IMG/VR virus record: IMGVR_UViG_3300017700_000723
Location: 466 to 64,465 of that record
Strand: one strand, 5' to 3'
DNA from: a virus
Lineage: Duplodnaviria; Caudoviricetes
Length of the DNA stretch: 64,000 nucleotides
Shown here piece by piece: positions 1 through 7,935 of the stretch (the first letter of the stretch is position 1; each line of letters opens with the position of its first letter). The notes beneath the pieces were generated by a model, which saw only the letters and a program-made list of their open reading frames with translations, had not been told where the DNA came from and did no database searches. The position numbers were made by a program, and so were the translations under genes.

Positions 1-95
1 GTTTGTACACTGGAACAGGTGGACATGGCTAGCGGACGGTAAACGCCTAAGATTGCCCGTATTAGGCCGGAATTAGCCATCAGGGGGCCTTCTCG

Positions 96-124
96 TTTAC
101 AACGCTGGGAATAGGGGGTACTCT
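96..124 (+). promoter_or_regulatory. sigma70-like early promoter
   Basis: TTTACA(96-101)-N17-TACTCT(119-124) in an AT-richer intergenic stretch upstream of the first ORF. Confidence 0.55.
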
Positions 125-169
125 ATATCCATCAACGACGGGACATGATGTCCTACAGGAGAGACCGAG

Positions 170-451
170 ATGACCGACAGCTTCGAAGACCAAGCACAGA
201 AGAAGTTCCGCGCGATCCTCGACGTCGAGGCCAACTGGTCCCCCTACCGCCAGATGATCCGCAACGTGATGGTGCCCTATGCGACGAGGGCCTTCACGAA
301 GGAAGATATCGAGGGCATCAGCCGCATCGTCGACGGCCTGCCGTCGGACGGCGACCTGACCGACGCTCTCCAGTTCTTCGTGAACAAGCGCGTCCTGCGC
401 CGCCGCAAGGACCGTCGGGTTGGCAAGACTTACTTCGAGGTGATCCTGTGA
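170..451 (+). CDS. hypothetical early protein (93 aa)
   Basis: ATG after AGGAGA RBS; phage-like codon usage; stop overlaps next GTG start. Confidence 0.7.
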   Translation: MTDSFEDQAQKKFRAILDVEANWSPYRQMIRNVMVPYATRAFTKEDIEGISRIVDGLPSDGDLTDALQFFVNKRVLRRRKDRRVGKTYFEVIL

Positions 452-669
452 ACATCGAAGCCTTCATCGCCGCGCAGCTGGCCAAGCCAATGACCCACAA
501 GGTCGTCGTGACCTACCGCGACGGCGAGGTCTACGTCTTCGAGACGAGGAGCCTAGCTCAGGCTCAGAACCACGCGGTGCTGTTCCAGCGTCGCGTCGGC
601 AAGGTCCTCCTCGAGCGCGGCACAAACCGAGAGAAGATCGTCACCAGCGTGGAGGTTCTGCCGCTATGA
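448..669 (+). CDS. hypothetical protein (73 aa)
   Basis: GTG start overlapping upstream TGA; 3' part of track ORF 145..669. Confidence 0.65.
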   Translation: MNIEAFIAAQLAKPMTHKVVVTYRDGEVYVFETRSLAQAQNHAVLFQRRVGKVLLERGTNREKIVTSVEVLPL

Positions 670-821
670 GCACTTGCTTCGAACGGATGAGCGCCGAGGC
701 CCTCAACCTCTGGTACCAACAGAACGTGGGCTATCGTCCGCAGGAGGACGATCCCAATATGACCGACGATGAACTCCGAGCGCTGTGCAAGGAGATGGAT
801 GAGGAGATTAGACGTGGCTGA
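666..821 (+). CDS. hypothetical protein (51 aa, MSTCFERMSAEALNLWYQQNVGY...)
   Basis: read manually; ATGA overlap with previous gene, below track length cutoff. Confidence 0.6.
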   Translation: MSTCFERMSAEALNLWYQQNVGYRPQEDDPNMTDDELRALCKEMDEEIRRG

Positions 822-1167
822 CTTCATGCAGTACATCAAACCCGAGCTGGCCCCAGCGGTCAAGGCCCGACAGGACCTCGAGCGCCGGATCACGGACGAG
901 GTCGTCAAGGCCCTCATCGGCCGCGACTTCGTCATCCGCGTTTACGACGGCGAGGACTGGGCGTGCAAGCGGACGACCGACCCGGAGCTGATCCAGCGCA
1001 GCATCATGGCGACGGACGAGGACTACCTGATCCTCTTCAAGGCGAACGAGAAGGAGCGCTTCGGCTTCGTCTACCTCGTCTACGGCAACAGCGGCCACGA
1101 CGTCGTCAGCGACTTCTCGGACGTGCTGGGGCCGATCATCGACCCGATCATCGCGAAGTACAACTGA
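814..1167 (+). CDS. hypothetical protein
   Basis: GTG start after GAGGAG; track ORF 769..1167. Confidence 0.7.
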   Translation: MADFMQYIKPELAPAVKARQDLERRITDEVVKALIGRDFVIRVYDGEDWACKRTTDPELIQRSIMATDEDYLILFKANEKERFGFVYLVYGNSGHDVVSDFSDVLGPIIDPIIAKYN

Positions 1168-1192
1168 ACCGTCATCGCGCTGCGCAAACAGA

Positions 1193-1220
1193 GAAGGCCC
1201 GGGAGCGACCCCGGGCCTTC
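1193..1220. terminator. bidirectional intrinsic terminator
   Basis: GAAGGCCCGGG...CCCGGGCCTTC hairpin between convergent genes. Confidence 0.65.
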
Positions 1221-1255
1221 GACTTCATGGTTCCTAAGTTTTGTTTCGTCTGCGC

Positions 1256-1465
1256 CTAGGCGAACGCAGCTTCCCGGCTGACAGGGCGCTCACGGACAGT
1301 ACGTCCGTCGGCCCTCATCTTCGACGCGTAGTGCCGAACGGACGCCGGCGATGTCTCGCTGTCGAACTCGTCGCGGGCCATTTTCGCGATCTCCGCGTAT
1401 GGCCTCTTGGTCCGGGCCAGGAGGCCCTCGACGTAGCCGTGGACGGTCTTCTTGCGCTGGGACAT
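1256..1465 (-). CDS. small HTH-like DNA-binding protein (paralog family, see findings)
   Basis: RPYAEIAKMARDEFDSETSPASVRHYASKMRADG motif shared with three other ORFs; AGGAG RBS. Confidence 0.65.
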   Translation of the reverse strand: MSQRKKTVHGYVEGLLARTKRPYAEIAKMARDEFDSETSPASVRHYASKMRADGRTVRERPVSREAAFA

Positions 1466-1604
1466 GTTGTCACTCCTACAGTTGGGCGGTCAATCACCCC
1501 GCCCTTTGGTGCACCAGAACGTCATTCATTACACGTTCCGACGGCGGGGTAATGTTCAGAGCTGACCACCTGTTCCCCGTCGTTCGTACCCTCAATATAG
1601 ATCG

Positions 1605-1633
1605 AGGGGGAGGCCAAGTCAATGGCCTCCCCC
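1605..1633. terminator. GC-rich hairpin, likely terminator of the late operon
   Basis: AGGGGGAGGCCA-loop-TGGCCTCCCCCT just downstream of 1687..3171. Confidence 0.55.
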
Positions 1634-1686
1634 TGTCAACGCAGGAATACGACTAGCGGTATTTGTGCGCGCCCGCTGCGGTGCGG

Positions 1687-3171
1687 TCAGCCGCGCCAGC
1701 GACCCTTCCACATCGTGATTATGGTCCGCATGCCGTTGGGGTAGGTGACGATGTGGCTGTGCGACCAGGTCGAGGGGCCCTTGTTGTACCACATGTCCAG
1801 CTTGCCCGAGACGCCAGCCTGGTAGGCGCCGTTGAAGATGCCGGCAGCGTGCTTGTCCGCCGTGTTGGTGCGTCGGCCCATCTTCGAGAAGCCACGCAGC
1901 GAGCCCTTGGCGCCGTTGACGCCGAGGTGGCCGTGCATCCCACACTCGATGGCATTGCGGCCGAGCGCGTCCTTGCAGAGCAGGTAGCTCTCGTCCTCCC
2001 GCAGGAACTGGATCGACCTCGGAGAGCCGTGGCGGTGCAGGAGCCACTCGATCGGCAGGAACTTGGTGTTGCCCAGGGCGGCCTGGCGGAACCACTCCAG
2101 GTTGCCCTCGTGCCAGAGGATCAGGTTCGCGGCGTCGCGGTCGACGACGCAGTCCATCGACTGTAGCCAGCGCTCGAAGGCGTCGTCGTGGTTCGACTTG
2201 ACGGCGATCGACCGGCACCACGGCCTGTCCGCCTTCTTGAGGAAGTCGGATGTGATGTCCGCCTCCCTCTCGATCCGGTCAATGCCCATGACCATGCGCT
2301 CGAACATCCGGTGCGGGTTCTTGCGCTCGTGGTGGTTGCGGGCGTACATGTCGAAGACGTCGTGGAAGAACTGGTGCTTGGGCTGGAGGGTGTCGAGCAT
2401 GCCGCCGTCGCCCCAGCACTGATCGGAGACGACCGGGTCCATCTTGTAGGCGTGGATGTCTCCCCACGTGATCGCCTCGACGGGGTTGTGGGTCGTCACC
2501 ACTCCGCCCTGTACGCGCACATCCAGGTCGTGGATCACTCCCTGCTCGTCGGCCTGCACCTGGCGGGCGAAGAAGCTGCCGTCCTCACTGATCTCCACGA
2601 GCAGGCCGCCGTAGCAGTGGTGTGGCTCGGCCGTCTGGCCGATCTTCTTCTGGAGGTAGTTGCGCTTGGTCACGGTGCCCGTGGTGTACATGAGCTTCGT
2701 GCCCTCGAACTTGCCGGAGGCGACGGACGTGAGCTGCATCTTGGCGTGGGGGTAGACGGCGGAGGCTCGGCCCGTGTGGAGCTCGAGGCCCGAGAGCGGG
2801 TTGACCGCCGTGGGCAGGATGTTCATGCCGGCGCAGAAGATCAGGGACTTGCCCAGCTGCACCTGCTCGATGACCAGGTAGGGCTCGACCTCCTTGGCCC
2901 AGAACACGTGCTCGTAGTCGCTGGCCTTCTCGGAGCCGGGCTTGACCTCACCGGTCTGCGCCCAGTACTTCTTTATGTAGGTGTACGGGCTGACTATCAG
3001 CTTGGCGTCGTAATGAACGCAGAGGGCCTGGATGTTATCCCAGGCCGCTCGAAAGACTTCCGTGTTGTTCTGTGCCGAGGTGAGGAAGAAGCGCTGTACT
3101 CCCTTGGACGCCTCGGTGACCTTGGTCGGCTTGGTCTGCCGGACGCGTCCGCTCTGCTTCACTGCTGCCAT
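1687..3171 (-). CDS. calcineurin-like metallophosphoesterase
   Basis: motifs WGDIH, HDVFD, SNHD, HGH in metallophosphoesterase order. Confidence 0.75.
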   Translation of the reverse strand: MAAVKQSGRVRQTKPTKVTEASKGVQRFFLTSAQNNTEVFRAAWDNIQALCVHYDAKLIVSPYTYIKKYWAQTGEVKPGSEKASDYEHVFWAKEVEPYLVIEQVQLGKSLIFCAGMNILPTAVNPLSGLELHTGRASAVYPHAKMQLTSVASGKFEGTKLMYTTGTVTKRNYLQKKIGQTAEPHHCYGGLLVEISEDGSFFARQVQADEQGVIHDLDVRVQGGVVTTHNPVEAITWGDIHAYKMDPVVSDQCWGDGGMLDTLQPKHQFFHDVFDMYARNHHERKNPHRMFERMVMGIDRIEREADITSDFLKKADRPWCRSIAVKSNHDDAFERWLQSMDCVVDRDAANLILWHEGNLEWFRQAALGNTKFLPIEWLLHRHGSPRSIQFLREDESYLLCKDALGRNAIECGMHGHLGVNGAKGSLRGFSKMGRRTNTADKHAAGIFNGAYQAGVSGKLDMWYNKGPSTWSHSHIVTYPNGMRTIITMWKGRWRG

Positions 3172-3174
3172 TGC

Positions 3175-3489
3175 TCACCCTGTTATGTGCTTGATCCACC
3201 AGTCCTTGGTGCCCAGGACGAGAAGGCCCAGGCCGCCAACGACGAACCACTTGACAAAGGCATTCATCCCGGTCTGCGCGATCGTCTCGGTGTTCGTACG
3301 CCAACGACGCATGAACGCCAAGTCGGCCTGAAACTCCGGGTCGTCCATCAGCGCGCTGATGGAGCGCAGGCGCTGAAAGTCAGCCTGAGCCTTGATCGGG
3401 TTCGATGTATCGACGCCGAGGCGCTGGAGCACGCCCTCGACTGCCCTTTGAGCGATTACCTCTACCTCGTCGCAGCTCTCACCGGCCAT
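3175..3489 (-). CDS. membrane protein, lysis region
   Basis: 104 aa with C-terminal hydrophobic segment; lies downstream of the endolysin. Confidence 0.65.
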   Translation of the reverse strand: MAGESCDEVEVIAQRAVEGVLQRLGVDTSNPIKAQADFQRLRSISALMDDPEFQADLAFMRRWRTNTETIAQTGMNAFVKWFVVGGLGLLVLGTKDWWIKHITG

Positions 3490-3492
3490 GGC

Positions 3493-3921
3493 TCACCTCT
3501 TCCCGAACGCGCGAGCGAGAGCGCCAACGGCCGCGGTTGCTGGAGCGGCGATGAAGAAGGACTTGATGATGTCGAGGAACACGTCCTTGAAGTCTGGCGG
3601 CACCGCGATCCTCCACGACCCGATCACGTGGCCGAACCAGGGAAGGCCGTCCAGAAGCGCGGCCCACCATACGACGCCGGCGGGAAACGCAAACATGAAC
3701 AGGCCGAAGATGACCTGCTTCTCGGTCTGCCGCTCGGCCTTGATCTGGTTCGTCCGCTCGACAGACTGGAGATAGGCCATCCCGAGGTTCGCGCCGGTCT
3801 GGTTGTCGATCGTCTGGGCGTCCGTCTTGTTCTTGGCGACGGCGGTCACGCCCTCGATCAGCTTGCCGACGTTGCCGCCACCGAACAGCTTGAGGAGGCC
3901 CATGCCTATGGAGAACAGCAT
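3493..3921 (-). CDS. holin-like membrane protein
   Basis: 142 aa with several hydrophobic helices; lysis cassette position. Confidence 0.6.
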   Translation of the reverse strand: MLFSIGMGLLKLFGGGNVGKLIEGVTAVAKNKTDAQTIDNQTGANLGMAYLQSVERTNQIKAERQTEKQVIFGLFMFAFPAGVVWWAALLDGLPWFGHVIGSWRIAVPPDFKDVFLDIIKSFFIAAPATAAVGALARAFGKR

Positions 3922-3922
3922 G

Positions 3923-4207
3923 TCAGGCCTCCCCTTCCGGCACGTCGACGTCGCCCTTGATCGACGACGCCGGCTTTGGCGGGCTCTTGGTCACGTATCG
4001 CAGGCCGGCGAACGTGAGCGGCAGGATGACAACGGAGAGCAGCTCGGCCGCGTCCTCGCCGAAGAAGTAGACGAGGATCGGCCGCAGGTTGATTACCTGG
4101 AGGTACTCGGCCAGGCCGACGAGCACCACGGCCGCGGCCGTGATGTAGGTCTTGAGGCCCTCGAGCGCCGCGTAGGCCCGCTTGATGACGCGCGTGATGA
4201 ACTCCAT
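3923..4207 (-). CDS. holin-like protein (94 aa)
   Basis: MEFITRV... two TM segments; start overlaps endolysin stop (TAATG). Confidence 0.65.
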   Translation of the reverse strand: MEFITRVIKRAYAALEGLKTYITAAAVVLVGLAEYLQVINLRPILVYFFGEDAAELLSVVILPLTFAGLRYVTKSPPKPASSIKGDVDVPEGEA

Positions 4208-5211
4208 TACAAGACCTCCCGACCGAGCATCCGGTTCACGCGGGCAGCGAGCTCGTGCCTGTACCGGAAGACAATGTATATGCCGCCAGCAAGGACCAGG
4301 ACACCCGCGGAGATGGCCAAAAACGTAGCAACCTTGGCGCCGAACGCCGCCCAGGCCGCTCCGCTCGCTGCGGTTCCCGCCGCGACAACCTTGCCGGTCG
4401 TCTTGGCCTTCTTCTTGACCGCGACGTCGCGGATGATCGCGTTCCTGGTCGCCGGGCCCACCACGCCGTCCTTGGTGAGGTTCGGATGTGCGCCCTGGAA
4501 CTGCTTGACGGCGTCCTCGGTCATCTCGTCGAAGGTCCCGTACAGGATGTGCTTCGACTTGTCGAGTAGGCCCAGGTCGACCAGCCACAGCTGGAGCTCC
4601 TTGACCTCGGGCCCGACGTCGTGGAGGCCGAGCATGCCCGGACCAGGAGGGGTGACAGGAACTCCCGGGCCGAGCGAGCCAGGCGCGGGAAGCTTCTTGC
4701 CGGTCGGACGGCCGTTCTCGCCGATCTCGACGGGGCCGGACGACCCCTCAGGACCATAGTCCTGGTTGCTAATCATCATCCACTCGCGGTTGCGTCGGCG
4801 GGTCAGGCCCGCGAGGACGTTGCCGCCGGCCTTGTTCCAGGCCATGATGCTGGAGTGTACCGTGCCGAGGTCGCCGCGCAGCAGCGCCGTCGGCCAGGAG
4901 GCCTTGGCGATGGCCCCCGTGTTGTAGTGGAACGACGACCCAGCGTCGAACGCGCCCTGACTGACGCTGCCCAGTCGCTTGTTGACGGCGGGCTCGTAGC
5001 CGACGCGGATGCTCTCGATCAGGAGGCTCTCAGCCTGCTCTGGACTGATCGCAAGGCCCTTGCCGATCTTCCCGATCTTGGCGACGGCGTTGGCGTCGTA
5101 GTTCGTGTTGCCGTACCCGATGGTCCAGACGCCAACGCTGTCCTGGTAGGCGCGCAGCGCCCGGCCCTCGAAACTCCTGATGACGTTCAGGCCCTTCTCG
5201 CTAGTCTGCAT
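4207..5211 (-). CDS. endolysin: GH24 lysozyme + peptidoglycan-binding domain + C-terminal TM segments
   Basis: FEGRALRAYQDSVGVWTIGYG (E-x8-D-x5-T); PG-binding pattern DGVVGPAT; start trimmed to MQTSEKG. Confidence 0.9.
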   Translation of the reverse strand: MQTSEKGLNVIRSFEGRALRAYQDSVGVWTIGYGNTNYDANAVAKIGKIGKGLAISPEQAESLLIESIRVGYEPAVNKRLGSVSQGAFDAGSSFHYNTGAIAKASWPTALLRGDLGTVHSSIMAWNKAGGNVLAGLTRRRNREWMMISNQDYGPEGSSGPVEIGENGRPTGKKLPAPGSLGPGVPVTPPGPGMLGLHDVGPEVKELQLWLVDLGLLDKSKHILYGTFDEMTEDAVKQFQGAHPNLTKDGVVGPATRNAIIRDVAVKKKAKTTGKVVAAGTAASGAAWAAFGAKVATFLAISAGVLVLAGGIYIVFRYRHELAARVNRMLGREVL

Positions 5212-5221
5212 TGTAGTCTCC

Positions 5222-6187
5222 CTAGGTGATGACACAGATGACTGGGCGCTTGTCCGACGTCGGGTCCGTCCCGATGGCGACGGCGCGCAGCACTTCAACG
5301 AACATTCCCGAGATGCGGGCGCTCGGTGCGCCATTGTGTAGGACCTCGGCCGCCTCCTTCGTGACGCGGGCACTCGGGGCGCCATCGTGCAGGACCTCGG
5401 CCGCCTCCTTCGTGACGCGAGCGACCGAGGCTGGCGCTGTGCCTGTCTCCGTGAACGCGAGCGTGACGGCCTGCCAGAACTTGCGCGTGCTGGCTGCTGG
5501 CTCCTGAGCTACCGCGGCCTGGGTCGAGGTGACGGTCTTGTACTGCGCGAACAGGTTGCCGATCGCGTACTGCCGCGTCGACGCTACGTTCGCGACACCG
5601 GTGTAGCCAGTGTTGGCGGAGAGCACGGCTGGCTGGGCGTCACCGTCCTGGGCGCTGTCGACGAAGATCGACAGAAGCAGCGTGTTCGCGTCGCCCGTGG
5701 TCAGGTTGACCGAGGGCTGGTCCAGAGCGGTGTCGCTGTCGCTGTTGTAGTAACTGACAGCCGCTGTGGCGTCGAGCTCGCCGTCGAACGGCGCCGTGTA
5801 GTTCCCTATGCCAGCGACCGCGAAGCCGATGCAGCTGATCTGGTTCGCGAAGCCCGCCGACATGGTCGTGGACCAGGCTAGGTTCGTCACCTGCGCAAAG
5901 GCCGGCGCTACGAACATCTGCAGGTGCCAGTTCGTGATCGGGAACGAGCCGCCGACGTTGTACTCGATCAGCTCGTCGAACACCTCCGTGAAGGTCAGCC
6001 CCGTGGCGGTCACGCCGCTGATGCGGGTTACGTTCGTGGCCGTGTCCGTGCGCGCCGTGGCGAAGATCAGGACGACGGTCTGGCCCTCGCCGTTCGTGCT
6101 GATCGTGCCGGCCTGGCTGTTTGATATGCCAGCGCCAGAGAAGTTCTGGCCCCCGCCGGAGTGGATACTGTTGATCGAGACGGTCAT
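5222..6187 (-). CDS. tail fibre/receptor-binding-associated protein
   Basis: 321 aa, Thr/Ala-rich beta-type sequence at end of tail module. Confidence 0.6.
   Translation of the reverse strand: MTVSINSIHSGGGQNFSGAGISNSQAGTISTNGEGQTVVLIFATARTDTATNVTRISGVTATGLTFTEVFDELIEYNVGGSFPITNWHLQMFVAPAFAQVTNLAWSTTMSAGFANQISCIGFAVAGIGNYTAPFDGELDATAAVSYYNSDSDTALDQPSVNLTTGDANTLLLSIFVDSAQDGDAQPAVLSANTGYTGVANVASTRQYAIGNLFAQYKTVTSTQAAVAQEPAASTRKFWQAVTLAFTETGTAPASVARVTKEAAEVLHDGAPSARVTKEAAEVLHNGAPSARISGMFVEVLRAVAIGTDPTSDKRPVICVIT
5315..5416. repeat. 2 x 51-nt in-frame tandem repeat (ARVTKEAAEVLH[D/N]GAPS)
   Basis: direct repeat at 5315-5365 and 5366-5416. Confidence 0.9.
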
Positions 6188-6200
6188 GTGCCCAAGTGCT

Positions 6201-7211
6201 CTATGCTACGAGTTCGTATCCCAGCTGCATGCCGTTGACCTCTGCGCCTGTCCACGCCGCGGCGGTGTCCGGGTTGGTCTCGTAGATTTGTTCGAACAGC
6301 TGATATGAGGCGCCGAGGTTTCGGGTGGTGCCGTTCGCTGTGGTTGCCCCGCTCTTCAAGTTGGTACGTGCAGTCCGTGTGGCGGCGTTGTCCTTGCGGG
6401 CGACGAGGATCGGAACAACGGCCTTGACACTGGCCGGTGTGCTCGACAGGTTGGCCATGTCGAAGAGGTCCTTCTGCGCGGCCGTCGACGAGGAGTTGTA
6501 GGTCGTGTCGTCGTCCATAGTCGCGTCGTCGACGTTCGCATAGTTGTCCGCGCCAGTCGAGCGCGTCCAGTCCTTGGTCGCCGTGTCGGCGGTCGGGACC
6601 AGTGTCTCGATGCGCATCTCCCCGAGCTTCGTCGCCGCGTCGGTTATATACATGTCGTCGTACTGCGCCGTGGCGGTCCAGCCCTCGCTGTTGAAGGTGT
6701 ACGCGTCAATCGACGAGGCGCCCGTGTTGGTGGACCCGAGGTTCGCCACCAGAGCCCCGTTGCAGTAAACGTTCACTGACCCGCCGGAGCCGGTCGCGCG
6801 CACGAGCTCGAACTCGATGTAGGCCCAAGTGTTGGCAACAATGACGCCCGCCGCACTCTCACAAATCTTGTTCGTCGTGAAGTCGGTGCGTCCGAAGATC
6901 AGCTTGCCAGCATTGTCCGCGCCGAGCTTGCAGACGACCGTACCGGCGCCACCTCCATTGTAAAGGGAGATGATGGACTTACCGGTCGACGCGTTCGCCA
7001 GGTTGGAGACTAGGAAGGCAAACCCGAATGAGAGATTGTTGTACGAGCCGCCGAGAGCTCGGATCAGGCTGGCGGCGTTGAAGTCTCCGCGCCAGCACTG
7101 CCCGCTGAAGCGCCCGGTCTGCAGCGAGGCAGTCGGGACGTTGTAGCCCCGGCGCTGCATCTGCGTCGTGCTGGCGTAGAGGTCAAAGCCTTCTGTGAAG
7201 ATGATAGCCAT
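6201..7211 (-). CDS. virion structural protein (lectin/LamG-like tail protein)
   Basis: 336 aa; DGF-type N-terminus and WAYIEF/YDDMY beta-sandwich pattern; tail module. Confidence 0.6.
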   Translation of the reverse strand: MAIIFTEGFDLYASTTQMQRRGYNVPTASLQTGRFSGQCWRGDFNAASLIRALGGSYNNLSFGFAFLVSNLANASTGKSIISLYNGGGAGTVVCKLGADNAGKLIFGRTDFTTNKICESAAGVIVANTWAYIEFELVRATGSGGSVNVYCNGALVANLGSTNTGASSIDAYTFNSEGWTATAQYDDMYITDAATKLGEMRIETLVPTADTATKDWTRSTGADNYANVDDATMDDDTTYNSSSTAAQKDLFDMANLSSTPASVKAVVPILVARKDNAATRTARTNLKSGATTANGTTRNLGASYQLFEQIYETNPDTAAAWTGAEVNGMQLGYELVA

Positions 7212-7224
7212 TACATTATACCCC

Positions 7225-7935
7225 TTAACGAGTGCCGAGGAAGTCGAGTGAGACGTCGGCCAGCGTCGCGTCCTGTGGGCTCGGAGCCTCGATGGTGAAG
7301 ATGTCGTTCACGGCGAAGGTCACCGCACTCGCGAAGGTCGGCGCGCCGACCGTTCCCGCCGCCGACCAGACAATCGTCCCGATCGACGAGCCGTTCTTCT
7401 TGAGGGTGAACGTGGCTGTGCCTGTGGCGGCGACGCGGGCGTTGAAGATCGAGCCGGTCAGCGATATCGGCAGCGTGAACTCGCGCGTGGCGTTGAACCG
7501 GAGCATGACCGCGCCGGCCGTCGGCAGACCCGGCAGGAAGATGTGCAGGTCGTGTGGCAGGAAGGCAGAGCCAATGGTGCTGATCTGCTCCAGGCCGTCC
7601 GTGGTGCCGTCGGTGTAGAAGAACAGCTGCGAGCCGACCGGGAGCAGGATCGAGGTCGCGCCCCTCACGATGTTGATGGCGTTGGCCCCGCTGTTCTGGA
7701 TGTACGTCCAGCGCTTGATGGCAGGCAGCGTGAGGGTCTTGCTCACACCGACGGGGGTCAGCTTGAACTTGAACGCGCTGCGGTACTGGACGTCCGTGAG
7801 CGACACGCTGTTGGTGCAGTCCACCGTGAGGAGCTCGGTGATAGCCGCGTCCATCGCGCCGATGCCGTCGTTGTGGGTGACCTCAGGGTTCGCCTGGCCG
7901 CCCGTCTGCAGTGGCGCGTTAAGATTAGTTGACAT
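7225..7935 (-). CDS. tail-associated protein (DUF2793-like N-terminus)
   Basis: begins LNAPLQTGGQANPEVTHND; follows the central tail protein. Confidence 0.55.
   Translation of the reverse strand: MSTNLNAPLQTGGQANPEVTHNDGIGAMDAAITELLTVDCTNSVSLTDVQYRSAFKFKLTPVGVSKTLTLPAIKRWTYIQNSGANAINIVRGATSILLPVGSQLFFYTDGTTDGLEQISTIGSAFLPHDLHIFLPGLPTAGAVMLRFNATREFTLPISLTGSIFNARVAATGTATFTLKKNGSSIGTIVWSAAGTVGAPTFASAVTFAVNDIFTIEAPSPQDATLADVSLDFLGTR

Noticed and set aside
12-22. GGAACAGGTGG motif also at 1566-1576 (reverse) and a variant at 63087-63100 near early promoters
   Set aside because: Only two exact copies of an 11-mer, and partial matches also occur inside coding regions, so chance cannot be excluded without a motif-enrichment test.
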